Assembly: GCA_017463125.1 (NCBI GenBank)
Contig: JAFTPV010000003.1
Location: 93,190 to 157,189, forward strand
Length of the DNA stretch: 64,000 nt
DNA from: Clostridia bacterium
GTDB lineage: Bacteria > Bacillota > Clostridia > Oscillospirales > CAG-272
Direction: 5' to 3'
Part shown: piece after piece, positions 1-8,065 of the stretch
How the letters are laid out: each line of letters starts with the position of its first letter
How positions within the stretch are numbered: the first letter of the stretch is position 1
Position numbers and translations under genes: made by a program
Notes under the pieces: generated by a model
Seen by the model: only the letters and a program-made list of their open reading frames with translations
Databases searched by the model: none
What the model was told of the DNA's origin: nothing

Positions 1-204
1 CTTTACCTTAGATATAAACTCGGGTATATGTATATTTACGGGACAGCCCGAAACGCAGGGCATATTTTTACAGTTAAGGCAGCGGAGTGCCTCGTCTATT
101 GCCATCTGTTCGGTATATCCGAGAGCAACCTCGTCAAAGTTATGCGCTCTGACGGCAGGCTCCTGCGTAGGCATAGGGTTTTTCTTAAGTGACATATTCG
201 CCAT
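1..204 (-). CDS. GltD/NfnB-like NADPH-dependent oxidoreductase, N-terminal part only (gene runs off the window start)
   Basis: Hand translation from the ATG at 204 gives MANMSLKKNPMPTQEPAVRAHNFDEVALGYTEQMAIDEALRCLNCKNMPCVSGCPVNIHIPEFI. This is the Cys-rich Fe-S N-terminus typical of GltD/NfnB. GGAGG lies upstream. The gene starts 2 nt after the stop of the NfnA-like partner. Confidence 0.6.
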   Translation of the reverse strand, partial: MANMSLKKNPMPTQEPAVRAHNFDEVALGYTEQMAIDEALRCLNCKNMPCVSGCPVNIHIPEFISKVK

Positions 205-205
205 C

Positions 206-1060
206 TTACTTTACCTCCTTATTTAAGAGATTACACGTGCTCTCGTAAGCGTGGCGTTCAAAGGAAGAATACATTCTTCCGCGCGACATAGCCTCGTCAA
301 AATCAACCTCGTAGCCGTTGAAATCAGGGCCGTCAACACAAGCGAATTTGGTAACCTTCTTACCGTCAACATTCAGGGTAAGTCGGCAGCCACCGCACAT
401 TCCCGTACCGTCAATCATAATAGGGTTCATAGAAACGTCGCAGGGTATGCCTGTAGGTCTTGTTGCCGCGACGACGAATTTCATCATAATAAGAGGGCCT
501 ATGGTTATAACCTTGTCAAATCTCTTGCCCGACTCAAACATTTCATTAAGAGGAACACAGACGTTGCCCTCTCTACCGTACGATCCGTCGTCCGTCATAA
601 CGAAAAGCTCGTCCGACACCGCTCGGAACTCGTCCTCGAGAATAAGCAAATCACGGTTTCTGAAGCCTATGATAGACGTAACCTTACAGCCCGCCTCCTT
701 GAGTGCCATAGCAACGGGGAGCGCGATAGCGCAGCCAACGCCGCCGCCTACGATGCAGACCTCCTTGAGTCCGTCAAGCTCGGTAGGCTTTCCAAGAGGG
801 CCGACGAAGTCCTCGATATACTCGCCAACACGCTTTGCGTTAAGCTTTGCCGTAGTGGCGCCTACTATCTGAAATATTATTCTTACAGTGCCGCGCTCTC
901 TGTCATAGCCAGCAACGGTAAGAGGTATCCGCTCTCCTTCACAGTCAACTCTAAGGATTATAAACTGTCCTGCCTTTGCCTTTGCGGCGACGAGCGGAGC
1001 CTCTATATCCATCATAGTTACGGTGGGATTAAGACTTTTTTTATTAACTATCCTATACAT
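206..1060 (-). CDS. sulfide/dihydroorotate dehydrogenase-like FAD/NAD-binding protein (NfnA-like ferredoxin-NADP reductase subunit)
   Basis: ORF 206..1117 trimmed to MYRIVNKK at 1060, which is preceded by AGGAG. It has the GQFIILR and GGGVGCA nucleotide-binding motifs and a C-terminal CGGC cluster motif. It is translationally coupled to the GltD-like gene. Confidence 0.7.
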   Translation of the reverse strand: MYRIVNKKSLNPTVTMMDIEAPLVAAKAKAGQFIILRVDCEGERIPLTVAGYDRERGTVRIIFQIVGATTAKLNAKRVGEYIEDFVGPLGKPTELDGLKEVCIVGGGVGCAIALPVAMALKEAGCKVTSIIGFRNRDLLILEDEFRAVSDELFVMTDDGSYGREGNVCVPLNEMFESGKRFDKVITIGPLIMMKFVVAATRPTGIPCDVSMNPIMIDGTGMCGGCRLTLNVDGKKVTKFACVDGPDFNGYEVDFDEAMSRGRMYSSFERHAYESTCNLLNKEVK

Positions 1061-1140
1061 AACAAATCTCCTGATGATTATACGAAATATGATAACACAT
1101 TTTCGGAGAATATTCAAGAGGAAAATAATGTTTTTTCAAA

Positions 1141-1950
1141 TTATTTCGACTGTTTTACGTATTCTCTGTACTTAAGAGGGCTGACACCCATCTCCGCCTT
1201 GAAAATCCTGGCAAAATTGCTGGCATCTATACCTACGCTCTCCGCAATAACAGAAATGGGAAGGGAGGTCGTTGTAAAAAGCTCGCATGCCTTTGCAATG
1301 CGTAGTGAGGTCAGGTATTTATGCGGTGATACTCCCGTATATTCCTTGAAAATAGATGAAAAATAGCAGCGTTCAAAGCCAACGGCAGCAGCAACGTCTG
1401 ACACCGTTATGCGCGAGTGATAGCCCGCTTCAAATATACCGAGTGCACGCTTAACCCATTCGTTTTTATCGGAAACGGGTTTGTTTTTCATAATTACGCC
1501 GAGCAGCTCGTATATAGAGGCGGTGCGCCTTAGGTCTGCCCCTCTGTCGTTATTGCTATTCATATCTATCATTTGAGATATTATACGAACAATATCGTCA
1601 AAGGCCTCGGGTGGCGCGTAAGGATTCTCTTCATCAATTCCCGCCTCGCTTAAAACCTGACCTACCCGCATACCTATAAGCAAGCAATAAACGCCCTTTC
1701 TCGACTCCTTTTTGTCTGCCGTATAGACCAAGCGCTGATCCGGTAGAGTTACGTAGCAGTCGCCCTTACGGATAGGATATACCTTGTCGTTTATTACAAT
1801 AGTGCCGGAGCCGGATATAATACACTCGATACAGTAAGCATCACGCACGACAGGACCGAATGACGTACCTGGCTCCACGTATTCGTCATAGGCGCAATAA
1901 AACAAAAACGGTTCGGCACCTTTATATTTTTTTGAACTCTCGTAAATCAT
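1141..1950 (-). CDS. AraC family transcriptional regulator (cupin sensor plus C-terminal HTH)
   Basis: The C-terminus (VSDVAAAVGFERCYFSSIFKEYTGVSPHKYL...IAESVGIDASNFARIFK) is a classic AraC double HTH. The ATG at 1950 follows AGGAGG by 7 nt. Confidence 0.8.
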   Translation of the reverse strand: MIYESSKKYKGAEPFLFYCAYDEYVEPGTSFGPVVRDAYCIECIISGSGTIVINDKVYPIRKGDCYVTLPDQRLVYTADKKESRKGVYCLLIGMRVGQVLSEAGIDEENPYAPPEAFDDIVRIISQMIDMNSNNDRGADLRRTASIYELLGVIMKNKPVSDKNEWVKRALGIFEAGYHSRITVSDVAAAVGFERCYFSSIFKEYTGVSPHKYLTSLRIAKACELFTTTSLPISVIAESVGIDASNFARIFKAEMGVSPLKYREYVKQSK

Positions 1951-2120
1951 AAACAATCCTCCTACTCAAACATTTTGACGAAAAAATACAACAAAATGCC
2001 GTTGCCAGCAAATATGAATTGTGATACAATCAAATATATACAATATTTTACCACAAAGCGCTGAAAAATGGAAGAGCTTTGGCTAATTTTTTGTATCAAA
2101 AATGCGAAAGAGGAAAAAAG

Positions 2121-3146
2121 ATGGAAACTAAACAGGTAAGATTTGCGGTTGTCGGCGGCGGTATGGGCAAGGCTCATATCAAAGGAATTGACGAAATCCC
2201 TGAGGCTATTCTCACCGCCTTCTGCGATATTGATGAAAACGTGGCAAAGACCGTATCACAAGAGGCTGGTCTTGATAAATATTATACCGATTATTATGAG
2301 ATGCTCCGCGACGGCGGCTTTGACTGCATCGTTCTCTGCACCCCAGACCAGATACACAGAGAGCAGTGCGTTGCGGCACTTGAGGCGGGATACCACGTTC
2401 TTTGCGAGAAGCCTCTTGCACTTACTATGGAGGACTGCCGTGCTATCGACGCTGCGGCAAAGACGGCGAAGGGTAAATTTATGGTAGGACAGATCTGCCG
2501 TAAAACACCCGGATTCATCAAGGCAAAGGAGCTTATTGACGAAGGAAGAATAGGCGAAATATTCTTCATCGAGTCCGAGTATGCACACGACTACGCACAC
2601 ATTGTTTCTCCTTGGAGATGGGATACAGTAAATCTCCGTCCCGCTATAACCGGTGGCGGCTGTCACGCGGTTGACCTTATCCGTTGGCTTGCGGGCGATC
2701 CTATCGAGGTTATGGCTTATTCCAACCACAAGTGCCTTCTAGACAAGCCCTGCGACGATGCAACGATATCTATTCTTAAGTTTGAAAACAACGTTATGGG
2801 CAAGGTATTCTGCTCTATCGGCTGTAAGAGATATTACACTATGAGAACGGTTATCTACGGCACGAAGGGTACTATCATCTGCGACAACCGCTCCCCCGAG
2901 ATCACACTCTACGAAATGGGCGAGCTTGACGATAACGGACACGAGAAATATCCCGCAAAGCCCTTCCCCGTTGACATCAATCACCACAACGCAACGGGCG
3001 AAATCAAGGATATGTGCGACATAATTCTCGGTGACCTTCCCGTAGAAATCACCGCTGCTGAGGGCGCTAACACCGTTGCAGTATGCGAGGCAATTCTCAA
3101 ATCCTGCGAAACGGGCAAACCCACCGCTCCGGAATACATAAAGTGA
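2121..3146 (+). CDS. Gfo/Idh/MocA family oxidoreductase
   Basis: N-terminal Rossmann motif VRFAVVGGGMGKAH and the EKPLA motif. The start was moved to the ATG at 2121 (METKQ). Confidence 0.8.
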   Translation: METKQVRFAVVGGGMGKAHIKGIDEIPEAILTAFCDIDENVAKTVSQEAGLDKYYTDYYEMLRDGGFDCIVLCTPDQIHREQCVAALEAGYHVLCEKPLALTMEDCRAIDAAAKTAKGKFMVGQICRKTPGFIKAKELIDEGRIGEIFFIESEYAHDYAHIVSPWRWDTVNLRPAITGGGCHAVDLIRWLAGDPIEVMAYSNHKCLLDKPCDDATISILKFENNVMGKVFCSIGCKRYYTMRTVIYGTKGTIICDNRSPEITLYEMGELDDNGHEKYPAKPFPVDINHHNATGEIKDMCDIILGDLPVEITAAEGANTVAVCEAILKSCETGKPTAPEYIK

Positions 3147-3167
3147 TGTTTTGACTATACTAGTTTA

Positions 3168-3207
3168 CAAAAATCGGCAGTTTGAAGCTTCAAACCGCCG
3201 ATTTTTC
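3168..3207. terminator. bidirectional intrinsic terminator shared by the oxidoreductase gene and the cotJ operon
   Basis: About 17-bp near-perfect palindrome aaatcggcagtttgaag/cttcaaaccgccgattt, with T-runs on both strands. Confidence 0.7.
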
Positions 3208-3233
3208 TGTTTTACAGATGCTTGTTTTTTGAT

Positions 3234-3382
3234 TTAATCGCCCTGCAAAATCCTCATAGCTTCGCCGAAGCGCTGGAAGTGAACTACCTCGCGCTGACGG
3301 AGGAATTTTATGGCGTCGTTCACGTCAGGGTCGTCAGAAAGCCTAAGAATAGCGTCGTACATTGCTCTCGCCTTTTGCTCTG
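3234..3382 (-). pseudogene. cotJC: cotJC 3' fragment (manganese-catalase-family spore coat protein, C-terminal 47 codons plus crossover core)
   Basis: Translation gives EQKARAMYDAILRLSDDPDVNDAIKFLRQREVVHFQRFGEAMRILQGD. This matches the conserved CotJC/Mn-catalase C-terminus (B. subtilis ...EEKARATYQWLIDISDDPDLNDSLRFLREREIVH). There is no start codon or N-terminal domain here. Confidence 0.85.
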
Positions 3383-3478
3383 TTACTATCACGTATTCGC
3401 AACAAAATTGAGTCTTGCTAAAGTGCGAAAAATCCTTATATTTCAAGGGCTTTCGGCACTTTTGAAGTTGACGATTTT

Positions 3479-5038
3479 TCAAAAATTCCAGTGAATTTCG
3501 ATAGGTACGTTTCGTGTCCCCGGAATACGCTTTCCGACCATGATTTTGTCGATCAAAATCTCCACCATTTCCCGTGTCAGATGCTCTACCTTGACGTATT
3601 TTTCGATCAATTCTCGGCGGTTGTCACCCACTGCAATTTTGACGTTTATCTCTGCAATTTGCTTTTGACATTCCAGCACCTGTGATTCAAGACGTTCTTT
3701 TTGCGAAGTGAAGTCCTTTGACAGCTCGATGAAATCTGCCTCACAAATCAAGCCCTTCACCTTGTCAAGATAAAGGTCACGTACGCCTTTGGAAAACTGA
3801 TTGATCTTGCCTTGATAGGTGGCGATTTCGGCTTCAATTTCTTGCTTTTGCTCCAAAAGATCAGCGTTAAACTGTACCTTGCGTTCCAACTCATCCATAT
3901 CAAGATATTCGGCATTGAGTCGCCGCAGTTCGTCAATCACCATTCTTTCAAGTCTGTTGACCGAAATAAACGCACCCTCGCAAGCACCCTTAGCGTAGTG
4001 TCGATTGGGGCATTGCAGGAAATGTCTGCCACCCGATTTTGACGAGCGCATGACGTATCCGCAGGACGCGCACCGCACCTTTTTGGCAAAAAGACCAATC
4101 GTACCGACCTTAAACGGCTTGGCTCGCTCGGCGATCATCTTCTGCACTCTGTCCCACAGGGTGCGGTCAATGATCGGCTCGTGAGTGCCTTCCACCCGAA
4201 ACCATTGTTCCTTGGGGCGTGGGCGGTTTATACTCGTTTTATACGAAATACTCTCGTATTTTCCTTGCACGAGATTGCCGATGTAGGTCTCGTTGGTCAG
4301 CATATCCGAAATGGCGAAATACTTCCACAGAGTGCTGTTCTTGCTCGGCGGCAGACTGAAACGAAGCCCCTGCATCCGCTTGTACTCGGTGGGGTTGGGT
4401 ATCCCTCGGTCGTTGAGCATTCGCGCGATCGCCGTCTTGCCGTAGCCTTGTGAAAAGAGGGTAAAGACCTCTCGCACCACGGCGGCGGCTTCCTCGTCGA
4501 TGATCAGATGACCTTTCAGGTCGGGATCCTTCTTGTAGCCGTAGAGCGCAAAGGAGCCGATGTGAAAGCCGTTTTTGCGGCGGCTGTCCAACGCAGATTT
4601 GATGCTATCCGACATATCCTCCAGATACCACTCGTTGACAAGACCGTTGATCTGACGGCTTTTTTTGTTGCCTTTGTTGGCAGTGTCGGCATTGTCCACA
4701 ATGCTGACGAAACGGATACCCCAAATCGGAAACAGACCGTGTATGTACCTCTCCACCAATTCAAGCTCACGGGTAAATCTCGATTGCGTTTTGCAGAGGA
4801 TAATGTCAAATTTTCTCGCCTGCGCATCGGCAAGTAACCGCTTGAACTCGGGACGGTTGCGATCCGAGCCTGCGTAGTCGTCGTCGCTGTAAATGCCGTA
4901 AAGCTCCCACCCCATGCGGTCGGCGTAGTCACGGAGCATCGCCTTTTGATTCTGAATACTGCCCGAATCATCGGTGGCGTTCTGCTTGTTTTTGTCCTCC
5001 TCGGACAGTCTGCAATAGATTGCTACTTTTTCTCTCAT
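3479..5038 (-). CDS. large serine recombinase (SpoIVCA/TndX-like)
   Basis: 519 aa. The N-terminal resolvase catalytic domain is AIYCRLSEED...SIQNQ. It also has a recombinase domain, a Cys-rich zinc ribbon (CASCGY...CPNRH) and a C-terminal coiled coil. It has the same orientation as cotJ. Confidence 0.9.
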   Translation of the reverse strand: MREKVAIYCRLSEEDKNKQNATDDSGSIQNQKAMLRDYADRMGWELYGIYSDDDYAGSDRNRPEFKRLLADAQARKFDIILCKTQSRFTRELELVERYIHGLFPIWGIRFVSIVDNADTANKGNKKSRQINGLVNEWYLEDMSDSIKSALDSRRKNGFHIGSFALYGYKKDPDLKGHLIIDEEAAAVVREVFTLFSQGYGKTAIARMLNDRGIPNPTEYKRMQGLRFSLPPSKNSTLWKYFAISDMLTNETYIGNLVQGKYESISYKTSINRPRPKEQWFRVEGTHEPIIDRTLWDRVQKMIAERAKPFKVGTIGLFAKKVRCASCGYVMRSSKSGGRHFLQCPNRHYAKGACEGAFISVNRLERMVIDELRRLNAEYLDMDELERKVQFNADLLEQKQEIEAEIATYQGKINQFSKGVRDLYLDKVKGLICEADFIELSKDFTSQKERLESQVLECQKQIAEINVKIAVGDNRRELIEKYVKVEHLTREMVEILIDKIMVGKRIPGTRNVPIEIHWNF

Positions 5039-5064
5039 GTTCTTATCTCCTCCACGATAAGAAC
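5039..5064 (-). promoter_or_regulatory. perfect 9-bp hairpin or palindrome abutting the recombinase start codon, with the SD in its loop
   Basis: The mRNA sense strand reads GUUCUUAUC-GUGGAGGA-GAUAAGAAC-AUG. Confidence 0.4.
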
Positions 5065-5108
5065 AAGCTGTTTTCTTGCCTTTATTTTACCATAAAAACG
5101 GCTGTTTT

Positions 5109-5270
5109 TCATTGATTTGGAGAAAAATTTACACTTTTTCTGCGTTCTAACGTTGAGATCAGTTTTAACCATATATTCGTGTAATCCTCCTTCGTCAAAA
5201 TTCCGCTCTTAAAAACACTTGTACAAATTTCGTTTTTCATATCATTTCTTTCGGCTTTTTCTTTTGCCAT
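5109..5270 (-). CDS. small hypothetical protein (53 aa) immediately upstream of the recombinase
   Basis: Hand translation gives MAKEKAERNDMKNEICTSVFKSGILTKEDYTNIWLKLISTLERRKSVNFSPNQ. GGGAGGA lies 7 nt upstream of the ATG. The ORF is below the length cutoff of the ORF track. Confidence 0.45.
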   Translation of the reverse strand: MAKEKAERNDMKNEICTSVFKSGILTKEDYTNIWLKLISTLERRKSVNFSPNQ

Positions 5271-5333
5271 AGCATTCCTCCCTTCGTTTTTGAAATAAAT
5301 ATATGAAAAATAGCAAGTCCGCTATTACAGCGT

Positions 5334-5472
5334 AGCACCCCGCACCGAGCCATTTCCTTTGCTCGCCTTTCGACCAAGTATGTCAGGCGGTACTGTGTAC
5401 GATTTCAGTTATGGGTGCGCTCATATCGTGGCGGCACTGTCCATAACGCCTGTATCACTCTCGGCTGGGGCT
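5334..5472. ncRNA. candidate structured RNA or leader (nested helices), orientation unknown
   Basis: Nested complementary segments: 5334-5349 with 5460-5472, 5384-5389 with 5447-5452, and 5409-5414 with 5441-5446, plus a local hairpin at 5390-5400. It lies in a 330-nt stretch with no convincing ORF. Confidence 0.25.
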
Positions 5473-5560
5473 ATTCAATTGGTGACGGACTTTTTTGTCC
5501 CTTCACCTATGAAATACGCCCGAGATTGCGATTTTCTGCAAAAAAGTTAAAAATTTTTTT

Positions 5561-5616
5561 GAAAAATTTAAAAACGCACCTTGTCGGCGGTAAAAATCCG
5601 CTTTCGGAGTGCGTTT
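5561..5616 (-). terminator. intrinsic terminator downstream of the oxidoreductase gene
   Basis: Stem aaacgcac/gtgcgttt with inner stem gcgg/ccgc, followed on the minus strand by a U-rich tract. Confidence 0.55.
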
Positions 5617-5626
5617 GAGAGTATAT

Positions 5627-6925
5627 TTACATCTTTTTGTCATCGGTTGCGGGGTTGTCGATAAGCTGACCGTCTTCAGTAAAGCGTGAGCCGTGGCAGG
5701 GGCAATCCCAAGTGTGTTCAGCTTTATTGTATTTGAGGGCACAGCCGAGGTGTGGGCATCGGGGTGCAGTGGGGGTAAAAATACCTACCGTCGATTCAAA
5801 AGCGTTGACGGCAAGCTGTGGGCGCAGGACGGTGCGCGATGGATCGAAAACGGCGGCGTAGGGACTGTTTTTGCCTTGCACAAGGTCGCAGAGAATATCG
5901 GCGGCGACCATAGCGTTTGTCATACCCCACTTGTTAAAGCCCGTCGCCACAAACACATCGGACGTGGACTTGGCGTACTGTCCGATATAGGGAACGTCGT
6001 CCAGCGTTATACAGTCCTGCGTTGCCCATTTGCCGACGATCTCGGCGTTTTTGTAGTGCTTGCGAGAAAAATCTTCAAGCTCTTGCCAACAGCCGCCCTC
6101 CTTGCCTGTGCGGTGTCCGCCACCACCGAGGAGCAGAAGGTCGCCGTAGCTTCGGAAGGATAGCCCCGAATCCGATTCGTCTACGTACATACCGCCGACG
6201 TTCTGAGCGTTTTTGAGAGCAATGACATAGGAACGGTGCTGATAGAGCTTTAAGGAATACAATCCGTGCTTGTTGAGCATCGGTAAATGGGTTGCGATAA
6301 TCAACTTTTTGTAGGTGATCTCGTCACGGTTGGTTTTCGCCTTGTTTGGCATTACTTCTGTGACCTTGGTATGCTCGTAGATTGGCAGATCTTTTGTGAT
6401 AGTGTATAGAAATTTCAATGGGTGAAACTGCGCTTGATCTTTGACGCACACTGCACCTGCGACAGAAAACGGAAGCTCTTTTGCATCCGAAAACTCGGCT
6501 TTGACACCGATACGGTTGAGTGCAGCTACTTCTTTTTCAATCTTCTTACGGTCATTGAGAGAATACACGTAGTTATCCCGTGTTTCAAAATCGCAGTCGA
6601 TATTCTCGCAAAATTGCGCGTACTCCTGAATTGCCTTGCTCTGCGCCTCCGCATACAACCGTGCCTTGTCCTCGCCAAAACGGCGAGTCATTTTATCGTA
6701 GATCAAACCGTGCCCCAAAGTGATCTTCGCCGTTGTATTCTTTGTAATGCCTTCACAGATTTCGTCTGCCTCCACGAGCATACAATCCACGCCCGCATTT
6801 TTGAGCTTATAGGCGCATAAAATCCCCGCAATCCCGCCGCCGATGATCAAAACGTCGGTCTTTTTATTCCCACCAAGCGCGTCAAACCGTGGCTTTGACG
6901 ATGTTTTTAACCATATTGAGTCCAT
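5627..6925 (-). CDS. FAD-dependent oxidoreductase with C-terminal Rieske 2Fe-2S domain
   Basis: N-terminal dinucleotide fold DVLIIGGGIAGILCAYKL. The C-terminal Rieske motif is CPHLGC...CPCHGSRF. Confidence 0.75.
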   Translation of the reverse strand: MDSIWLKTSSKPRFDALGGNKKTDVLIIGGGIAGILCAYKLKNAGVDCMLVEADEICEGITKNTTAKITLGHGLIYDKMTRRFGEDKARLYAEAQSKAIQEYAQFCENIDCDFETRDNYVYSLNDRKKIEKEVAALNRIGVKAEFSDAKELPFSVAGAVCVKDQAQFHPLKFLYTITKDLPIYEHTKVTEVMPNKAKTNRDEITYKKLIIATHLPMLNKHGLYSLKLYQHRSYVIALKNAQNVGGMYVDESDSGLSFRSYGDLLLLGGGGHRTGKEGGCWQELEDFSRKHYKNAEIVGKWATQDCITLDDVPYIGQYAKSTSDVFVATGFNKWGMTNAMVAADILCDLVQGKNSPYAAVFDPSRTVLRPQLAVNAFESTVGIFTPTAPRCPHLGCALKYNKAEHTWDCPCHGSRFTEDGQLIDNPATDDKKM

Positions 6926-7000
6926 AATCTATCCTCCGAATCTTAATAGGATTAGTGTTTACACGGAAACGAATAATATGTGTTAATTCGAGAGCTATTA

Positions 7001-7029
7001 TTTACTTTTGCATAGAAATGTGGTATAAT
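7001..7029 (+). promoter_or_regulatory. candidate sigma-A type promoter for the EEP gene
   Basis: TTTACT, 17 nt, then TATAAT preceded by an extended TG (tggTATAAT). Confidence 0.4.
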
Positions 7030-7062
7030 AAAAAATATAAAAACATCAAAGGAAGTCATAAC

Positions 7063-7848
7063 ATGAGAATAGTTAACTGGAATATATCATGGAGCAATAA
7101 AACAGACAATAAAGCCGCTTATTTAAGAAGTTTAATTGAGGGAAAGTCGTTTGTAATTATCTTGCAAGAAGTAAAAATGTTTGCTTATGAGGCATTAAAG
7201 CAGTCCTTGGGAGATATAGCTAATATTGAGTATTCGTTGGACTATCGTATTCCCGGCAAATTTGATATAGATTCAAGAAAACTTGGTGTTGCTATATTAG
7301 TAAGCAAAGACTTGAAGATTACAAATTCACAAGCATTGAGCCGAGCTCTTATGCCGGATAGAACAATAATGGTTGACATAGAGTACAATAATGAACCTTT
7401 GCGAATTTTGGGATTACATTCGGTGACGGGCTGTCACCACTTAAAAGCGAAGGAAATACAGTTTTTCTCCTTTGCAGAGGCAGTGGATGAGTACAAACCC
7501 GATGTTGTAGGTATAGATGCCAATGAGCCTCAGTATGACCATTATGAAATTAGCAAAATGAAATTTTTTGATAATTATAATAAGGGAAATGGATGCAAAA
7601 CATTTTTTGAAACAATGCAAGCCAACGGTATGGCTGATTCATTTGTAAAAGACTATGATATAGAAAAATACATAGAGGGTGAGTACCTTACAACATCTCA
7701 TATAATCAAACGAGGACACAAAAAGGTACGTTACGATTTTTTGTTTGTCAATAATGAGAAAATTCGTAATTACCATTGTTCCTATGACTATGACAATGCA
7801 GTTGAGGCTGGTAGCGACCACGCCGCAGTAATAGTAGATGTGGAATAA
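7063..7848 (+). CDS. endonuclease/exonuclease/phosphatase (EEP) family protein
   Basis: Begins MRIVNWNISW, has LQEV (catalytic Glu context) and GIDANEP, and ends with the SDH motif. The start was moved to the ATG at 7063. The gene is very AT-rich. Confidence 0.6.
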   Translation: MRIVNWNISWSNKTDNKAAYLRSLIEGKSFVIILQEVKMFAYEALKQSLGDIANIEYSLDYRIPGKFDIDSRKLGVAILVSKDLKITNSQALSRALMPDRTIMVDIEYNNEPLRILGLHSVTGCHHLKAKEIQFFSFAEAVDEYKPDVVGIDANEPQYDHYEISKMKFFDNYNKGNGCKTFFETMQANGMADSFVKDYDIEKYIEGEYLTTSHIIKRGHKKVRYDFLFVNNEKIRNYHCSYDYDNAVEAGSDHAAVIVDVE

Positions 7849-8065
7849 TCAATAACAAATAAAGGGGCTGAGCTTCTTGCTTTACTAAAATGCAGTTGAC
7901 TCATCCTTTTTATTTTGAAAAAAGTTTCGGCTAATTTATATAAATTCTTAAAAACAGCCGAAAAATGCTTTTAATTCTTTGCTTTTCGTATTTTTATACC
8001 TTCGACCATATATTCTCATTCGTTTTGGGAAATAATAACGGTGAATACAAAAAACGGAGGTATAT

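Noticed and set aside
251-1366. 371-aa plus-strand ORF (and the nested ORF at 318..872) overlapping the NfnA-like and AraC genes
   Set aside because: It is antisense to two well-supported genes, crosses their intergenic gap, and has low-complexity, Arg/Ser-rich composition. There is no RBS. It is a shadow ORF.
3222-3494. 90-aa plus-strand ORF, and the N-terminal extension of ORF 3234..3482 (MKNRQLQKCRKPLKYKDFSHFSKTQFCCEYVIVT)
   Set aside because: The plus-strand ORF is antisense to the cotJC 3' fragment. The extension is element-arm DNA read in frame upstream of the true junction and is not a genuine start for the fragment.
5359-5618. Two overlapping plus-strand ORFs (63 and 67 aa) in the gap between the small ORF and the oxidoreductase gene
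   Set aside because: Neither has a Shine-Dalgarno sequence, they overlap each other, and they run into the terminator. The region is better explained as non-coding and possibly structured.
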